Assembly (NCBI RefSeq): GCF_006345805.1
Contig: NC_042997.1
Location: forward strand, 34,596,001-34,660,000
Direction of reading: 5' to 3'
DNA: 64,000 nucleotides
Origin: Octopus sinensis
Lineage: Eukaryota
Shown in pieces: positions 1-11,988 of the stretch (the stretch's first letter is position 1; every line of letters starts with the position of its first letter). Under the pieces are notes generated by a model. It searched no databases. It saw nothing but the letters and a program-made list of their open reading frames with translations, and was not told where the DNA came from. The translations under genes were made by a program, and so were the position numbers.

Positions 1-217
1 GCTCACATATTTCAAAGATATAAAGTAAATCAATAAAAGTATAATACACAGTTACTTTCTGTCACTGTGAGCTTGAGTTTTGACAGAAGGCAATTCATAT
101 TTCTAACTTATATGATTGATAATTGAGTTTTATGATATCATAATGCAAGGAGTAATAAATTAAATTTCTTTCTTTTAAACCTTTAGATACCCAATCCTTT
201 TATTGAGACATATGTAT

Positions 218-413
218 GTACACACACACACACACACACACACACGTAATATATTCATATATATACACACACATATTTATATGTATGTATTTGTATATAT
301 GTATGTATATATATATATATGTATATATACATACATACATATATAGATAAATATATATATATATATGTATGGATATATAGTGTGGTGTGTGCATGTATAT
401 ATATATATAATAT

Positions 414-472
<59 letters not shown>

Positions 473-515
473 TACATATACATACATACATATATACATA
501 CATATATATATATAT
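218..515. repeat. Compound (CA)n/(TA)n microsatellite
   Basis: Directly visible; explains the YI/HT-repeat ORFs in the track. Confidence 0.95.
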
Positions 516-867
516 AGTGCACTTTTCCGTTATGGTAAGATCAGCAAAAGAATTAATCCATATGGTGAGAGATAAATATTTTTTAATAAATATGATGTAT
601 GTTTTTTTATGTGCTACTATTTGTTTCATGTACTGAGAGCACGCCACACGGGTTTTTAACACGTCTGGTGTCATAGCACAATCATCGGACAATGTATAAT
701 GGCATACATTATGCCATGTGCGCAGTGTCTGAAGATTGTGCTAATAGTGTCATATACAAACATATAAGTTGTCTATTTATTATTAAATATGATAATATAA
801 GTTATTTGCATGTTTTTGACTTACGAAAGAAATTTGCCATGCTACTTGGATTTTTCTCTTCCTAAAT

Positions 868-884
868 ATGTGTGTGTGTGTGTC

Positions 885-928
<44 letters not shown>

Positions 929-1075
929 TTTGTGTGTTTGTATATGTGTTTGTGTGTGTGTATAGATGATTACATTTTCGGATGCGTGTGTTTTCGTTCT
1001 ACAAACTTTTAGCGTATTGCACGGTGAGTATCTAATGTCTGCATTATGTGCTTATTTACGTACGTGTATGTGTGT

Positions 1076-1108
<33 letters not shown>
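868..1108. repeat. (TG)n microsatellites (868-962 and 1070-1108)
   Basis: Directly visible. Confidence 0.9.
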
Positions 1109-1342
1109 GCGCGCGTGCGTATGTGTTGTTATTAGCCCTAACGACGCGCAGAATGCAATGATAGAAAAATACAACAGTGCCATCAAGATTCCCAAAGCAC
1201 ATGCTCGTATTAAATATGTTAGAAGCTATTTCTCTCGATAATGACGAAAACAGTCTGAATCGAATCATCAGAAATTACCTCAGGCTTCCTAGCCTTACAC
1301 CGCGTGCTATATTCCGTTGTGTCTGAGCTGAAATACCCATCA

Positions 1343-1575
1343 CCTATTTCTTTATTACCCACAAGGGGCTAAACATAGAGGGGACAAACAAGGACAGACA
1401 TAGGTATTAAGTCGATTACATCGACCCCAGTGCATAACTGGTACTTAATTTATCGACCCCGAAAGGATGAAAGGCAGAGTCGACCTCGGCGGAATTTGAA
1501 CTCACAACATAACGGCAGACGAAATACTGCTAAGCATTTCGCCCGATGTGCTAACGGTTCTGCTAGCTCGCCGCC
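1343..1575 (-). mobile_element. tRNA-derived SINE, family A (tail ...CCCCTTGTGGGTAATAAAGAAATA)
   Basis: Reverse complement reads GGCGGCGAGCTAGCAGAACCGTTAG (A-box-like), GAGTTCAAATTCC (B-box), then CCTTTCATCCTTTCGGGGTCGATAAATTAAGTACCAG. Matches copies at 8801 and 19197. Confidence 0.9.
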
Positions 1576-1586
1576 TTTTTTCTTAA

Positions 1587-1642
1587 CGAACCCAGGCCGC
1601 GTGGGTGAAAGCCAGGAATCCTAGCCACTAGACCACATGAGA
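1587..1642 (-). pseudogene. 3'-truncated tRNA-Glu(TTC) fragment
   Basis: Reverse complement TCTCATGTGGTCTAGTGGCTAGGATTCCTGGCTTTCACCCACGCGGCCTGGGTTCG follows eukaryotic tRNA-Glu(UUC) to the T-loop GGTTCG. One C-C mismatch in the anticodon stem; the 3' acceptor strand is missing. Confidence 0.75.
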
Positions 1643-1689
1643 CCACACTAGACCACATGAGCTGAAATACTTTTCACCTGCAGAAGTGT

Positions 1690-1930
1690 TTCATCTGTGG
1701 TCTTTTGCCAACCATGATAACATTGTACACGTCTTAGCTTCCATGGTTCTCTCTGCCGGACCTTCCTTCAGTTCTTAGACTCTATACCGATCTTAAAGAA
1801 ATTGTGCACTGATCTTGCTCGGAAAACCGCTGCAGTTGACTTCAGTGAGGTAGGAGGCTGTACACCATCCTTGACAAAAGCCTCATCAATCAAATCTTGG
1901 CATTTAACTATTTTTGCTTGGTGAGAAATA
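1690..1930 (-). mobile_element. Possible decayed mariner transposase N-terminal (HTH) fragment
   Basis: Weak resemblance of FKIGIES...RSGR...VIMVGKR to the mariner FKxGRESxED..RSGRP motif; several stops. Confidence 0.3.
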
Positions 1931-1989
1931 AAAGCTTTTCCTTCCAGTACACAGTGACTTTAACTATCATATTGTTTTCCTACTACTGA

Positions 1990-2880
1990 ACCCTTGCAAG
2001 TTATGTAGACGATACAAAAGTCTCTCAGAGGCTACAAAATCCCTGGAGATGTTGCACACCTGCAATAGGAGTTAGATACAATATGCAAGTGGACTGAGGA
2101 CAATAACATGTAGCTTAATACTGAAAACTTCCGAGCCTTTGGATACCAACACACGAAGCTGAATGAAATGCAGAGAGGATACACTGACCCAGAAGGAATT
2201 GCAATCCCAGAGTCAAAATTAGTGTGCGACCTGGGCATTGACATGAGTAATGATGTATCTTTCCTGGTGCGAATTACTACGTTGGCATTAAGATGTAGGC
2301 GGTTGGTCGCATAGTTCCTTAGAACTTCTAGAACGAGAGGACAAGAAACCATGATGGTCCTCTGGAGGACATTTGTCTTCAGTTGCTTAGACTATAGCTC
2401 CCAACTATGGTCACCATACAATGTAAAATTAACGGCAGAAATCGAAGCAATTCAGATAATTTTAGAGCGATATGTCAGCTACTGGAAAACGTTGAAAAAT
2501 TTAAGATTCTATTTCCTTGAACGAAGGCGGTGAGATATGCAGTGATATAGATCTGGAAAATCCTTGAAGGTCTTATATCAAACGTTGTAATTGAAATTTA
2601 CACAAACAGAATCGGGTACCATTGTATAGTGCCAAAGATCCCAAGATCACCATCAAAGTACAGGAATAGATATTGCAACAGTTTGGATTTCAAGGAGCGA
2701 TAGGTGTTCAATCTCCCGTCAAAATGCCTGATCGAACTACATAGGGTAGATGTAGGTATCTTCAAAACAAAACTGAATTTCTTCCTGTCATCAGTTCTGG
2801 ATGAACCTACTCTGCGGCAGGAAAGGTAGATGACGGTAGTAACATCAAACTTCTGCATTCACAAAATGCCACAAACCAGA
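1990..2880 (+). mobile_element. CR1-like LINE 3' fragment (RT C-terminus), decayed
   Basis: SYVDDTK at about 1999, LDTICKWTEDNNM, LWRTFVFSCLDYSSQLWSPY...EIEAIQ and a C-terminus matching the copy at 31934-32290; stops and frameshifts. Confidence 0.8.
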
Positions 2881-2970
2881 AAATGTTTCAAGTAGTGAAA
2901 ATGCTGCAACTGAAGCCAACAAAAGATGAAAGACAAACGATAAAAGATGCCGTATAAGCCACTCGTTTCT

Positions 2971-2971
<1 letters not shown>

Positions 2972-3033
<62 letters not shown>

Positions 3034-3282
3034 ACACACATGCACACACACACGCACACGCACACACACACACGCACACACACACATGCACAAACACACA
3101 CACATGCACACACACACATGCACACACACATGCACACACACACATGCACACACACACATGCACACACATATGCACACACACATGCACACACTCACACACA
3201 CATACACACACACACATGCACACACATACATGCACACACACACGCACACACACACGCACACACACACACGCACACACACACA
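2972..3282. repeat. (CA)n/CACATG-interrupted microsatellite
   Basis: Directly visible. Confidence 0.95.
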
Positions 3283-3892
3283 TTTAACTCTAATATATTA
3301 GACATAAAGAATATTTAGCTTTATACGTTTTTAAACAGACAAATCAAATAGGAAAGGCTACCCTACAAACCACAGAAAGACAAATCTTGCTGGACGAACG
3401 TACTACCAGTTTGCACTCATCTGTGTTCATTAGTTTATAGCACACGTCTTATCATAATTGACTGACTTTACTTAAACCCATATGACGTACTCTTTACTTT
3501 CATTGAAACTCATCTTCAACTTACCAGAGAAGAGATAAATTCCTTTACTCAAAATCTGTATCATAGCAAGATATTTCAACATGATTCGATGAATAAGTTA
3601 TTATTAAAGTAACAAATACTCAATACAAACATGAATGGAAGTTGCTATAATGATCTTGAGATAAAAGTTTACTATAAAAGAAAACATTTATTGCAGAATT
3701 GGGAGGGGTAGTGCATACAAACTTTGTATGGTGCCTGAGATAATATGTTGTTTATCCAGCGAACGAGAGATAGCGGCTTTATCTCAGTAATTTTAGTGTT
3801 CGTTTTCGCTTTCAAATTCGTGTTTATAAAGATATATTTATTATTGTTGTAAGAAAAATCTTCGCAATAAATTTATAACATAAACGGTTAAA

Positions 3893-4160
3893 TACATACA
3901 TACATACACACATATACACATTCATACATACATTCATAGGTACATACATACATACATACATACATACATACATACATACATACATACATACACATACATA
4001 CATACATACACACAAATTCATACATACATACATACATACACACATTCATACATACATACATACATACATACATACGTACATACATACATACATACATACA
4101 CACAAATTCATACATACATACATACATACACACATACATACATACATACCTACACACACA
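3893..4160. repeat. (TACA)n microsatellite
   Basis: Directly visible. Confidence 0.95.
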
Positions 4161-4626
4161 TATATGTACATATATAATATATGTATCTGTATATACATAA
4201 ATGAATATAATATACAATGTTACATACGTATATATTAGTGCGTATATAATATACAAACCTATGCTTATATGTGTATATTGGAACAGTGTGCTTGGTCGTG
4301 TGTGCGCGCGTGTGTGGTGAAGTCACGTGTTTTATCCAGCTAGAAACCATTTTTATATATGCTATATTTTGGTTGAAAGAGAACAATAAGCTAACCTTAA
4401 TTGTGAATTCCGTACCATCAGAGTTATACTTATATCGATTACAACAAATAGAGAACAAAAGATGATTGATAAATTCTTAGCTATTCCAACAAGGAAAATA
4501 ATACCTTCGAATTTTCCCTAGAGATATTGGCATATTGTCCTAACGTGCATACATACATATATACATTCATAAATGCATATACATATATATATAAACACTT
4601 TCATATATATTTATATTCTTAATCAA

Positions 4627-4675
<49 letters not shown>

Positions 4676-4884
4676 CTTAATCAATAATATATATATATAT
4701 ATACTATTCTTAAACAATATATGTTATCGATAGTGTCTTTGAAGATTCAACCAGCTAAGCCATAACCAGACAAGGGGTTAGGTAGACGAACCTTCGAAGT
4801 CACTGTTTGCTAATATTCTTGTTTAAGAATAATAAATTTGTACTCTACTAAAGTCGTTTTTATTGTAATTGAACATTAAAACTT

Positions 4885-5900
4885 TAATATGGTGGTTGTC
4901 TACTCCTTCTGCAGAGTCTGACCACCTCTTGTACACACACCTTAATCCATTATGGCGTCTGATATGGCTTTTTAAACCAGACAATATATTGAAAAGACAC
5001 CCACTTAGATTGCATATCCGACTTATACCACCAAGAGCTGCGGTTAAGTTCTGATCTTTGTGGATCTTAAAATATCTTTCGAGGCCTCCGTTAGAATTGC
5101 AGAATTATGGCATACACTGCATTGAAAAGTGTGCACAGATATATGGACAGAACTGTTGGTGGAGGTTCGGTTTTATTGGTCCTCAAATGAAATTTGAGGC
5201 CAGCAAAAGAATGGCATGGTCTGTCATAAACTGTGCACACTAAAAGGTCACTGAGATTCACATTCTCGATCGCAACATTCTTCTTTAAATCTCTCTTGAG
5301 TCTTGTATGTGTTATCCAGCCTTTTGAAACGCTTTCACTTCTCTCTACAATTTCGTTCGCTATCCAGCTCAATCCAAAGCAAGGGTTTCTATGGCCTTTG
5401 GCTCCATTGGAAGTGACTTCATGGTAAGCTTTATGCCGTCTTTAAACTTCTTTTTAGGTTTACACCGACTGCGTTTTCCCCCTTGCAAGCTTAGAGCTGT
5501 CTGCATTTTCCCTTTCAGCTTTCTGTAAGCTTCATTTGAGTTGCGTAAGTTTCTAAAAGTAGATCATGAATTTCTGGTGATTTGTCTGCAAACCAGTCAC
5601 TGGACTTACGCGATTTAAATCCCTCTGACGAACTTGCAACCGGAAATATTTTTGTTTTGAAAGCTTACCCTAGACTGTTTAGATCAAGATTGATACTCAG
5701 TATAACATCGTGGAATCTTTGCAAGTTGCTTGGTAATCTGAAGTTTGCAACATTTAAGTTTTTCGGTAACGTAGGACCAGACTGTCGACTTTTAGGCATT
5801 ATCGACGATGGTCAGTCCAGCTCTCTGCTCCTCTCATGGCCCGAACACTAGAAACATCTTTCATATCACGATTTCGCTTTTTCGGATCAAAATATAATCT
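4885..5900 (-). mobile_element. RTE-clade LINE relic with internal deletion of the RT domain
   Basis: Minus strand gives the APE C-terminus DYILIR..RDMKDV..VRAMRGAESWTDHR and the linker KNLNVA...SDWFADKSPEIHDLL. At about 5490 it jumps to post-RT GGKRSRCKPKKKFKDGIK, followed by C2H2-like motifs (CHSFAGLKFHLR; LSGLKSHIRRH). Confidence 0.7.
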
Positions 5901-5913
5901 CATAGATTATATT

Positions 5914-5953
<40 letters not shown>

Positions 5954-6286
5954 CACACATTGTGTGTTTCGATCTGAGACTGTGTGTTGAAACAGGAGCA
6001 ATTTCAAAAGTTCTAGCCAATTAATAACGAACAAAGATGTGTTAAATTCACTTTAGATTTAAATTTATTTCATGAGGTTTTAGTGACTAGATGCCAGTTG
6101 AGTGAGACAAATTTTGACATTTCACGAAAAAATTGGGCAGGTGTTTTCTACTATAGCCTTGGGCCAACCAAACCCTCATTAGGGGATTTTGTTGGCGGAA
6201 ACTCTGTGTGTGTGTGTGTATGTATGTGTGTGTGTGTATACATATGTATATACTTATATAGATATATAGATATATAGATAATTAAT

Positions 6287-6957
6287 CTGTTCGAAGGTTT
6301 TATTTACCTAGTTTCGGTGGAATACATCCACTTGTTTTCAATAATAGAAATATTAAAATTACTAAGTCTCTCTAAAAGAGATTACCGCAGCGTTACTGGA
6401 AATTAATTGTTATCGCCATATTAATATGGCAGTCTTGTAGATATAAGACTTAAAGCTGTCTGTGATTAGCTCCATGAGGCCATCGCCTTAAGATAGCTAT
6501 TTGACACACAAACTGTGTCCATTATAACCTTCGAACAAGGGAGGTCAGCCGCTTCACACTGCTAGTCAGACAGCTACAGACGCGTTTCAGGGTATTTGAA
6601 AACAAGTGGATATATTCCACCGAAACTAGGTAAATAAAACCTTCGAACAGAGACGATCAGTTGCGACACCTGCTGGGTCGACTACGCTACATTGACAAGG
6701 GGCAAATACTCTGAAACGCGTCTGTAGCTGTCTGACTAGCAGTGTGAAGCGGCTGACCTCCCTTGTTCGAAGGTTATAATGGACACAGTTTGTGTGTCAA
6801 ATAGCTATCTTAAGGCGATGGCCTCATGGAGCTAATCAGCGACAGCTTTTAGTCTTATATCTATAAGACTGCCATATTAATATGGCGATAACAATTAATT
6901 TCCAGTGACGCTGCCGTAATCTCTTTTAGAGAGACTTAGTAATTTTAATATTTCTAT
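6287..6957. repeat. Double (crossed) inverted-repeat element next to a (TA)-rich tract
   Basis: 6287-6343 pairs with 6593-6650; 6344-6598 pairs with 6703-6957 (about 255-bp arms, few mismatches). Confidence 0.9.
6686..6728 (+). ncRNA. Type I hammerhead ribozyme motif with U3-A8 core variant
   Basis: GCTACA / TTGACAA / GGGG-CAAATA-CTCT / GAAAC-GC-GTC / TGTAGC: 6-bp stem I and palindromic ACGCGT stem III. Confidence 0.6.
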
Positions 6958-7835
6958 GATATATAGATAAATACATATATAGATATATCTATATGCACAG
7001 ACATATATATGTTTATACATACACAGGCACACACACAAATGTGTGTATGTGTGTACGTATGTGTGTGTATGTATGTATCTATGTGTGTGTGTATAATAAT
7101 ATATATATTCAAAAAGAGAGAAAGTAAGAGAGAGAGAGATAGAGAGCAAGGGGAGAGGGAAAGAGTGATTTATACTGTCTGTAGGCGGTGGAGTTGTCAC
7201 AGTATTTACGTTTAATCAGCAACAGTTTAACTAGCACATGTCGGCCATTGATATGGATGGCGATAGACTGTCATGTGAAGTGTTTCACAAACTGCGCCCA
7301 TCTCTCGGCCAGCACTTATTAAATTCAATCGAAACCGCCATCCGCTTATACACGCACATAGAGCAAATATAATTATTCAACTTCGCGTATGAAAAGATGC
7401 GTCAGTTAGTTGGAGATACAAGGCCAAATATGTCTATCAATGATTACTATGACCTATTGACTTCATCAGAAGACGAAATATTGGTCAAGATAGAAATCTC
7501 TATTTCGGTTAAATGTTTAAATTCTACTTGGGTTATGTTTGCTTTTAATTCCTTCAATATTAATATATTAACTGCATGTTATTTACGGAATATACTCAGT
7601 CTGTTATGCTGTCTTATTTGTACACACGACTTTATATCGAGCAAAACAGGAAGATTAGATGTTTGCGTTTAACCTGTTTAAAATGGCAGCCAGTTTCTTC
7701 AAAATCATAACTTCTGAGAAAATTAGAAGCACATACAGTAAAATGAAGGCTCCAATATAAAAGAGCAACAACATGGTATCTATTAGAAAGTCTTTGGAGA
7801 TCTCTTTAATCAAGCGTGTCATGCTGCTAATCTCT

Positions 7836-8061
7836 TAAGCTTATACACCGCTTTATTAACCAGGAAACAAAACTACAAACATGGATGCACGCACACACGC
7901 GCGCAAACACACACATACACACAGATACATGCACAAACACATGCACACACACAAGCAACAGGCACACGCATGCACGTACAAGCACACTTGCACACACTTC
8001 ACAAACACACACGCACACGCACACAAGCACACACAGACACACATACACACATATGCACACA

Positions 8062-8128
<67 letters not shown>
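7836..8128. repeat. Microsatellite-associated repeat (ACACCGCTTTAT..CAAAACTACAAACA..GGATG) plus (CA)n tract
   Basis: The same roughly 55-bp leader precedes a (CA)n tract again at 8655-8716. Confidence 0.55.
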
Positions 8129-8129
<1 letters not shown>

Positions 8130-8800
8130 ATAATTGATCACACACTGTATTTTAATTTTCCTCCGACGAAAAAAAAAACACTCATTTATCGCACGGGATA
8201 TTATTATTTTTGTTCTTCAGACCAAAGTCAGTTTTGATCTCATAGAACTAAGATCAAAGACGTTCTATTCGTTTCCATTCCAGCATTATTTCAGACACAA
8301 TTCATTTACGACTACATTATTCCAACTTTTTTTCTTTGTATATAAATTACAATATTTTTTGTGACTGGTTAGAGATTTAAGTACTATTTCCTCCATTTCG
8401 AGCTATCACATAACAAATTGTAAAATTTCAAAATAGTCGAATTCACGCCATGCTTTCAATTACCATTAGAATTTCATTTAATCTAAATCGAGTAGAGAAT
8501 AAGTGACACAAGTATCTGTTTCTCTTTGCAGCCACAGGAATACGGTCATACTGTGACAGCACCTTCAACGATTTTAGTTGATCATATCTCCCCCACGTCC
8601 ATTCCTGTCTGCTACTTAATTTACAGATCTATAGTTATCAAATAACTAAATTAACTCTTAGACTTAAACACCGCTTTATCAAACAGAAAAACAAAACTAC
8701 AAACACGGATGGACACCCCCCCCCACACACACACACAAGCATGCGCATGCACGTGCACACACACGCACATATACACACATACATACATATATATACATAT

Positions 8801-9021
8801 GCTGGCAGAAACGTTAGTACGCCGGGCGAAATGCGTGGCCGTATTTCGTCTGCCGTTACGTTCTGAGTTCAAATTCCGCCGAGGTCGACTTGCCTTCATC
8901 CTTTCGGGGTCGATAAATTAAGTACCAGTTAAGCACTGGGGTCGATGTAATCGACTTCATCCATTTGTCTGTCCTTGTTTGTCCTCTCTGGGTTTAGCCC
9001 CTTGTGGGTAGTAAAGAAATA
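8801..9021 (+). mobile_element. tRNA-derived SINE, family A
   Basis: GCTGGCAGAAACGTTAG...GAGTTCAAATTCCGCCGAGGTCGAC...GTAAAGAAATA followed by (TA)n. Confidence 0.9.
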
Positions 9022-9204
9022 TATATATATATATATATATATATAACTGAGGTTAGTAAATCAAAAAACTAGAGTCTTTTATACACTCACGGAGATTAGC
9101 TGACATTAATAACTAGTACTTGCGACTACGATACCCACTTGAATTCTATATCCCTACCAACCATAATTTGAAAGCTTATTTATATATATATATAGCTTTA
9201 TATA

Positions 9205-10600
9205 GATGTTTTGCGAACAACTTGCACATGGAAGTGCTACCAGTCGAAAGCTCCGCAAATCGGAAGCCACAGGTGCATGGGGTCATCAGGAGAGAATGCG
9301 CGCCATTTCGGGGCGTAATTCTCCTTTCCCAGTTTCTCCACTGTAGATCCTGTCATATTATCAAGAGATTGACATACCTTGTTCCCAAACTCTTTATATG
9401 TTCCTTTCTCATTAGCAGCAGGCCATAGCATCCTCGGTTTCCTGAGTACTGTCTGATACACCAGTCTCATAACCTGCAGTTTCCTGTCGAGAAAAGGTCT
9501 TTGCCATAGCATTTATCGATCCGCTGTGGTTTGAGTCCGGGAATGATTTGCCACGTGTTTTACGATCAGATGATCCACACTGCTCAGTCCTTTTCTTACA
9601 ACTCTTTCCCCGATGTGTCTTCAAGCCTCTTTCGATTGCAAAAATCCCACAGCACAGCTTGCGTCCAAAGATGTTTGCACTTCGTTCGCCGTTCGAAGNN
9701 NNNNNNNNNNNNNNNNNNNNNNNNNNNNNNNNNNNNNNNNNNNNNNNNNNNNNNNNNNNNNNNNNNNNNNNNNNNNNNNNNNNNNNNNNNNNNNNNNNTG
9801 TGGGTAGTAAAGAAATAGAATAATATATATATATATATATATAACTGAGGTTAGTAAATCAACTAACTAGAGTCTTTTTACACTCACGGAGATTAGCTGA
9901 CATTAATAACTAGTACTTGCGACTACGATACCCTTGAATCTTATCCCTACCAACCATATTTGAAAGCTTATTTATATATATATAGCTTTATATAGATGTT
10001 TTGCGAACAACTTGCACATGGAAGTGCTACCAGTCGAAAGCTGCTCCGCCAATCGGAGCCACAGGTGCATGGGTCATCAGAGAGATGCGCGCCATTTCGT
10101 GGCCGTAATTCTCCTTTTCCCAGTTTCTCCACTGTAGATCCGTCATATTATCAAGAGATTACACATTTTCCGCCCCAAACTCTTTAATATGTTCCTTTCT
10201 CATTAGCAGCAGCCATAGCAATCCTCGGTTTCCGAGTACTGTCTGATACACCAGTCTCATAACCGCAGTTTCCTGTCGAAAAAGGTCTTTGCCATAGCAT
10301 TTATCGATCCGCTGTGTTTGGTTCCGGGAATGATTTGCCCACGTGTTTTACGATCAGATGATCCACACTGCTCAGTCCTTTTCTTACAACTCTTTCCCCG
10401 ATGTGTCTTCAAGCCTCTTTCGATTGCAAAAATCCCACAGCACAGCTTGCGTCCAAAGATGTTTGCACTTCGTTCGCCGTTCGAAGGAATAGCCATATTC
10501 ATGTTCAAGGTCATTTCGGTGTGAACTTGGTTTGATTGATTCTCGACTCACCCCTCTCGGTCAATGATGGGGCTGTCAATCTCATAGGTAGTTATTACAA
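9205..10600 (-). mobile_element. 5'/N-terminal relic of an RLE-type non-LTR retrotransposon, HERO-like (present twice across the gap)
   Basis: Minus strand gives CCGIFAIERGLKTHRGKSC (N-terminal zinc finger) and LWPAANEKGTYKEFGNKVCQSLD...GSTVEKL, resembling HERO/NeSL-type N-termini. Family assignment is from memory of motifs. Confidence 0.45.
9699..9798. other. Assembly gap (100 N)
   Basis: Run of exactly 100 N; 9003-9698 is repeated at 9799-10486. Confidence 0.99.
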
Positions 10601-11094
10601 TATGTTAAAGAGGCAAGGATTGTAATTTCGTAGCCTCCTGCAGTATTTCCTGGCATCGATAGACTTACCCGTTATCATCTCGACTTATGTGATTTGGTAT
10701 ATATACAGAGAAATTCAGTTGTATTAAGGTATTTACCTAGTATCGCATTACTTAATTATTCACAGAAGTCAATAAAACTCTGGTTGCTTAGTTGTGAGTG
10801 ACAAGGTTTTCACTGCTAGATGAACGATGGTCTGTTCCTGTTGAACGATGAACAAAGCATTTTCCCCTTGGCTGGTTTAGACAATGCGTTGGTGTCGATA
10901 AATATCAATGGCAGTGGATAAGTGCTGCTGAAAGTGACTGACAAAAACGGCTGCTATGTGGTTATGCAACTAAGGTCTAACGAATGCAAATATCCGGTGT
11001 GCAATGTCAACATGATATGCATTGGCCTCACTTGTGGTACCTTAGTACAATTCAGTATATACACACATATATACATACACGGCCCCATATATTT

Positions 11095-11988
11095 CTATGA
11101 AGCACCGAAAAACCTTCCCTAATTGCGATCTCTTCATAAAGACGGTTGTGGTGACTGTTTGGTCGGGTACAGCCGGACTCATTCATTATAACTTCTTAAA
11201 ACCAAGAAAAACCATTACTACAGATACATATGGCCATGAAATTGCTAAAAATGAGCGAAAAACTGTTACTCCCACCTCCTAGACTGGTCAATCATTCTTC
11301 ATGACAATGCTCGACCACACGGTCCACAAATGATGCTCCATACAAACACACATGCATACATACATACATGGATACATACATAGATGCATAAATACATACA
11401 TACATACACACATATGTATAAATACATACATACATACACACATACATACACACGCACACAAAAGAACGCTGTTCCGACAACGGACAGAGTGAACGATTAT
11501 GGAAAAGGTTGCAAGACGCAACGAAAATTTTAATAAAAATGAATAAGTAAAAGAGTGGAAATCAGACCGGTGAGTGTGTTAAATTAACAAGGCACTAAAA
11601 GAGCATGACTCTCCCTAAACACAATAAATTATGCTTCAACACACAAATTCATATGAAGAGAGAATTTTGCTACGAAGTTCTTCCCCACTCAGCTTAATCC
11701 TCAGACCTTTCTTCTACCGATTACAACCTTTTCAAGCACCTTGATGGTTTCCTGAGAGACAAGGAGTTAAAAAATCAAACCGATGCTGAAAGTGTGTTCA
11801 AAGAATTCATCAGCTCCAGAACTCCAGATTTTTATGGTACCGGAATAAACAAACTTGTAAATCGTTGGCAAAAAAATGTGTTGATTGTAATAGTATTTAC
11901 TGTGATGAATAAAATTTCACCATTTTTGACATAGATTGTGATGAATTTCATGTTACAAAACGTTGCTTATTTTTACTCAGCCTGATAG
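11095..11988 (+). mobile_element. Mariner (DD34D) transposase relic, 3' half with putative 3' TIR, interrupted at about 11341-11660
   Basis: VTVWSGTAGLIHYNFLKP, IILHDNARPH, YEVLPHS..SDLSSTDYNLFKHLDGFL...GINKLVNRWQK; TIR-like AAAACGTTGCTTATTTTTACTCAGCCTGATA. Confidence 0.85.

Noticed and set aside
6593-6640. Second hammerhead in arm a' (GTGGA-TATAT-TCCAC-CGAAACTAGGTA)
   Set aside because: Stem II and GAAAC are present, but no register gives both a valid CTGANGA-like core and stem I.
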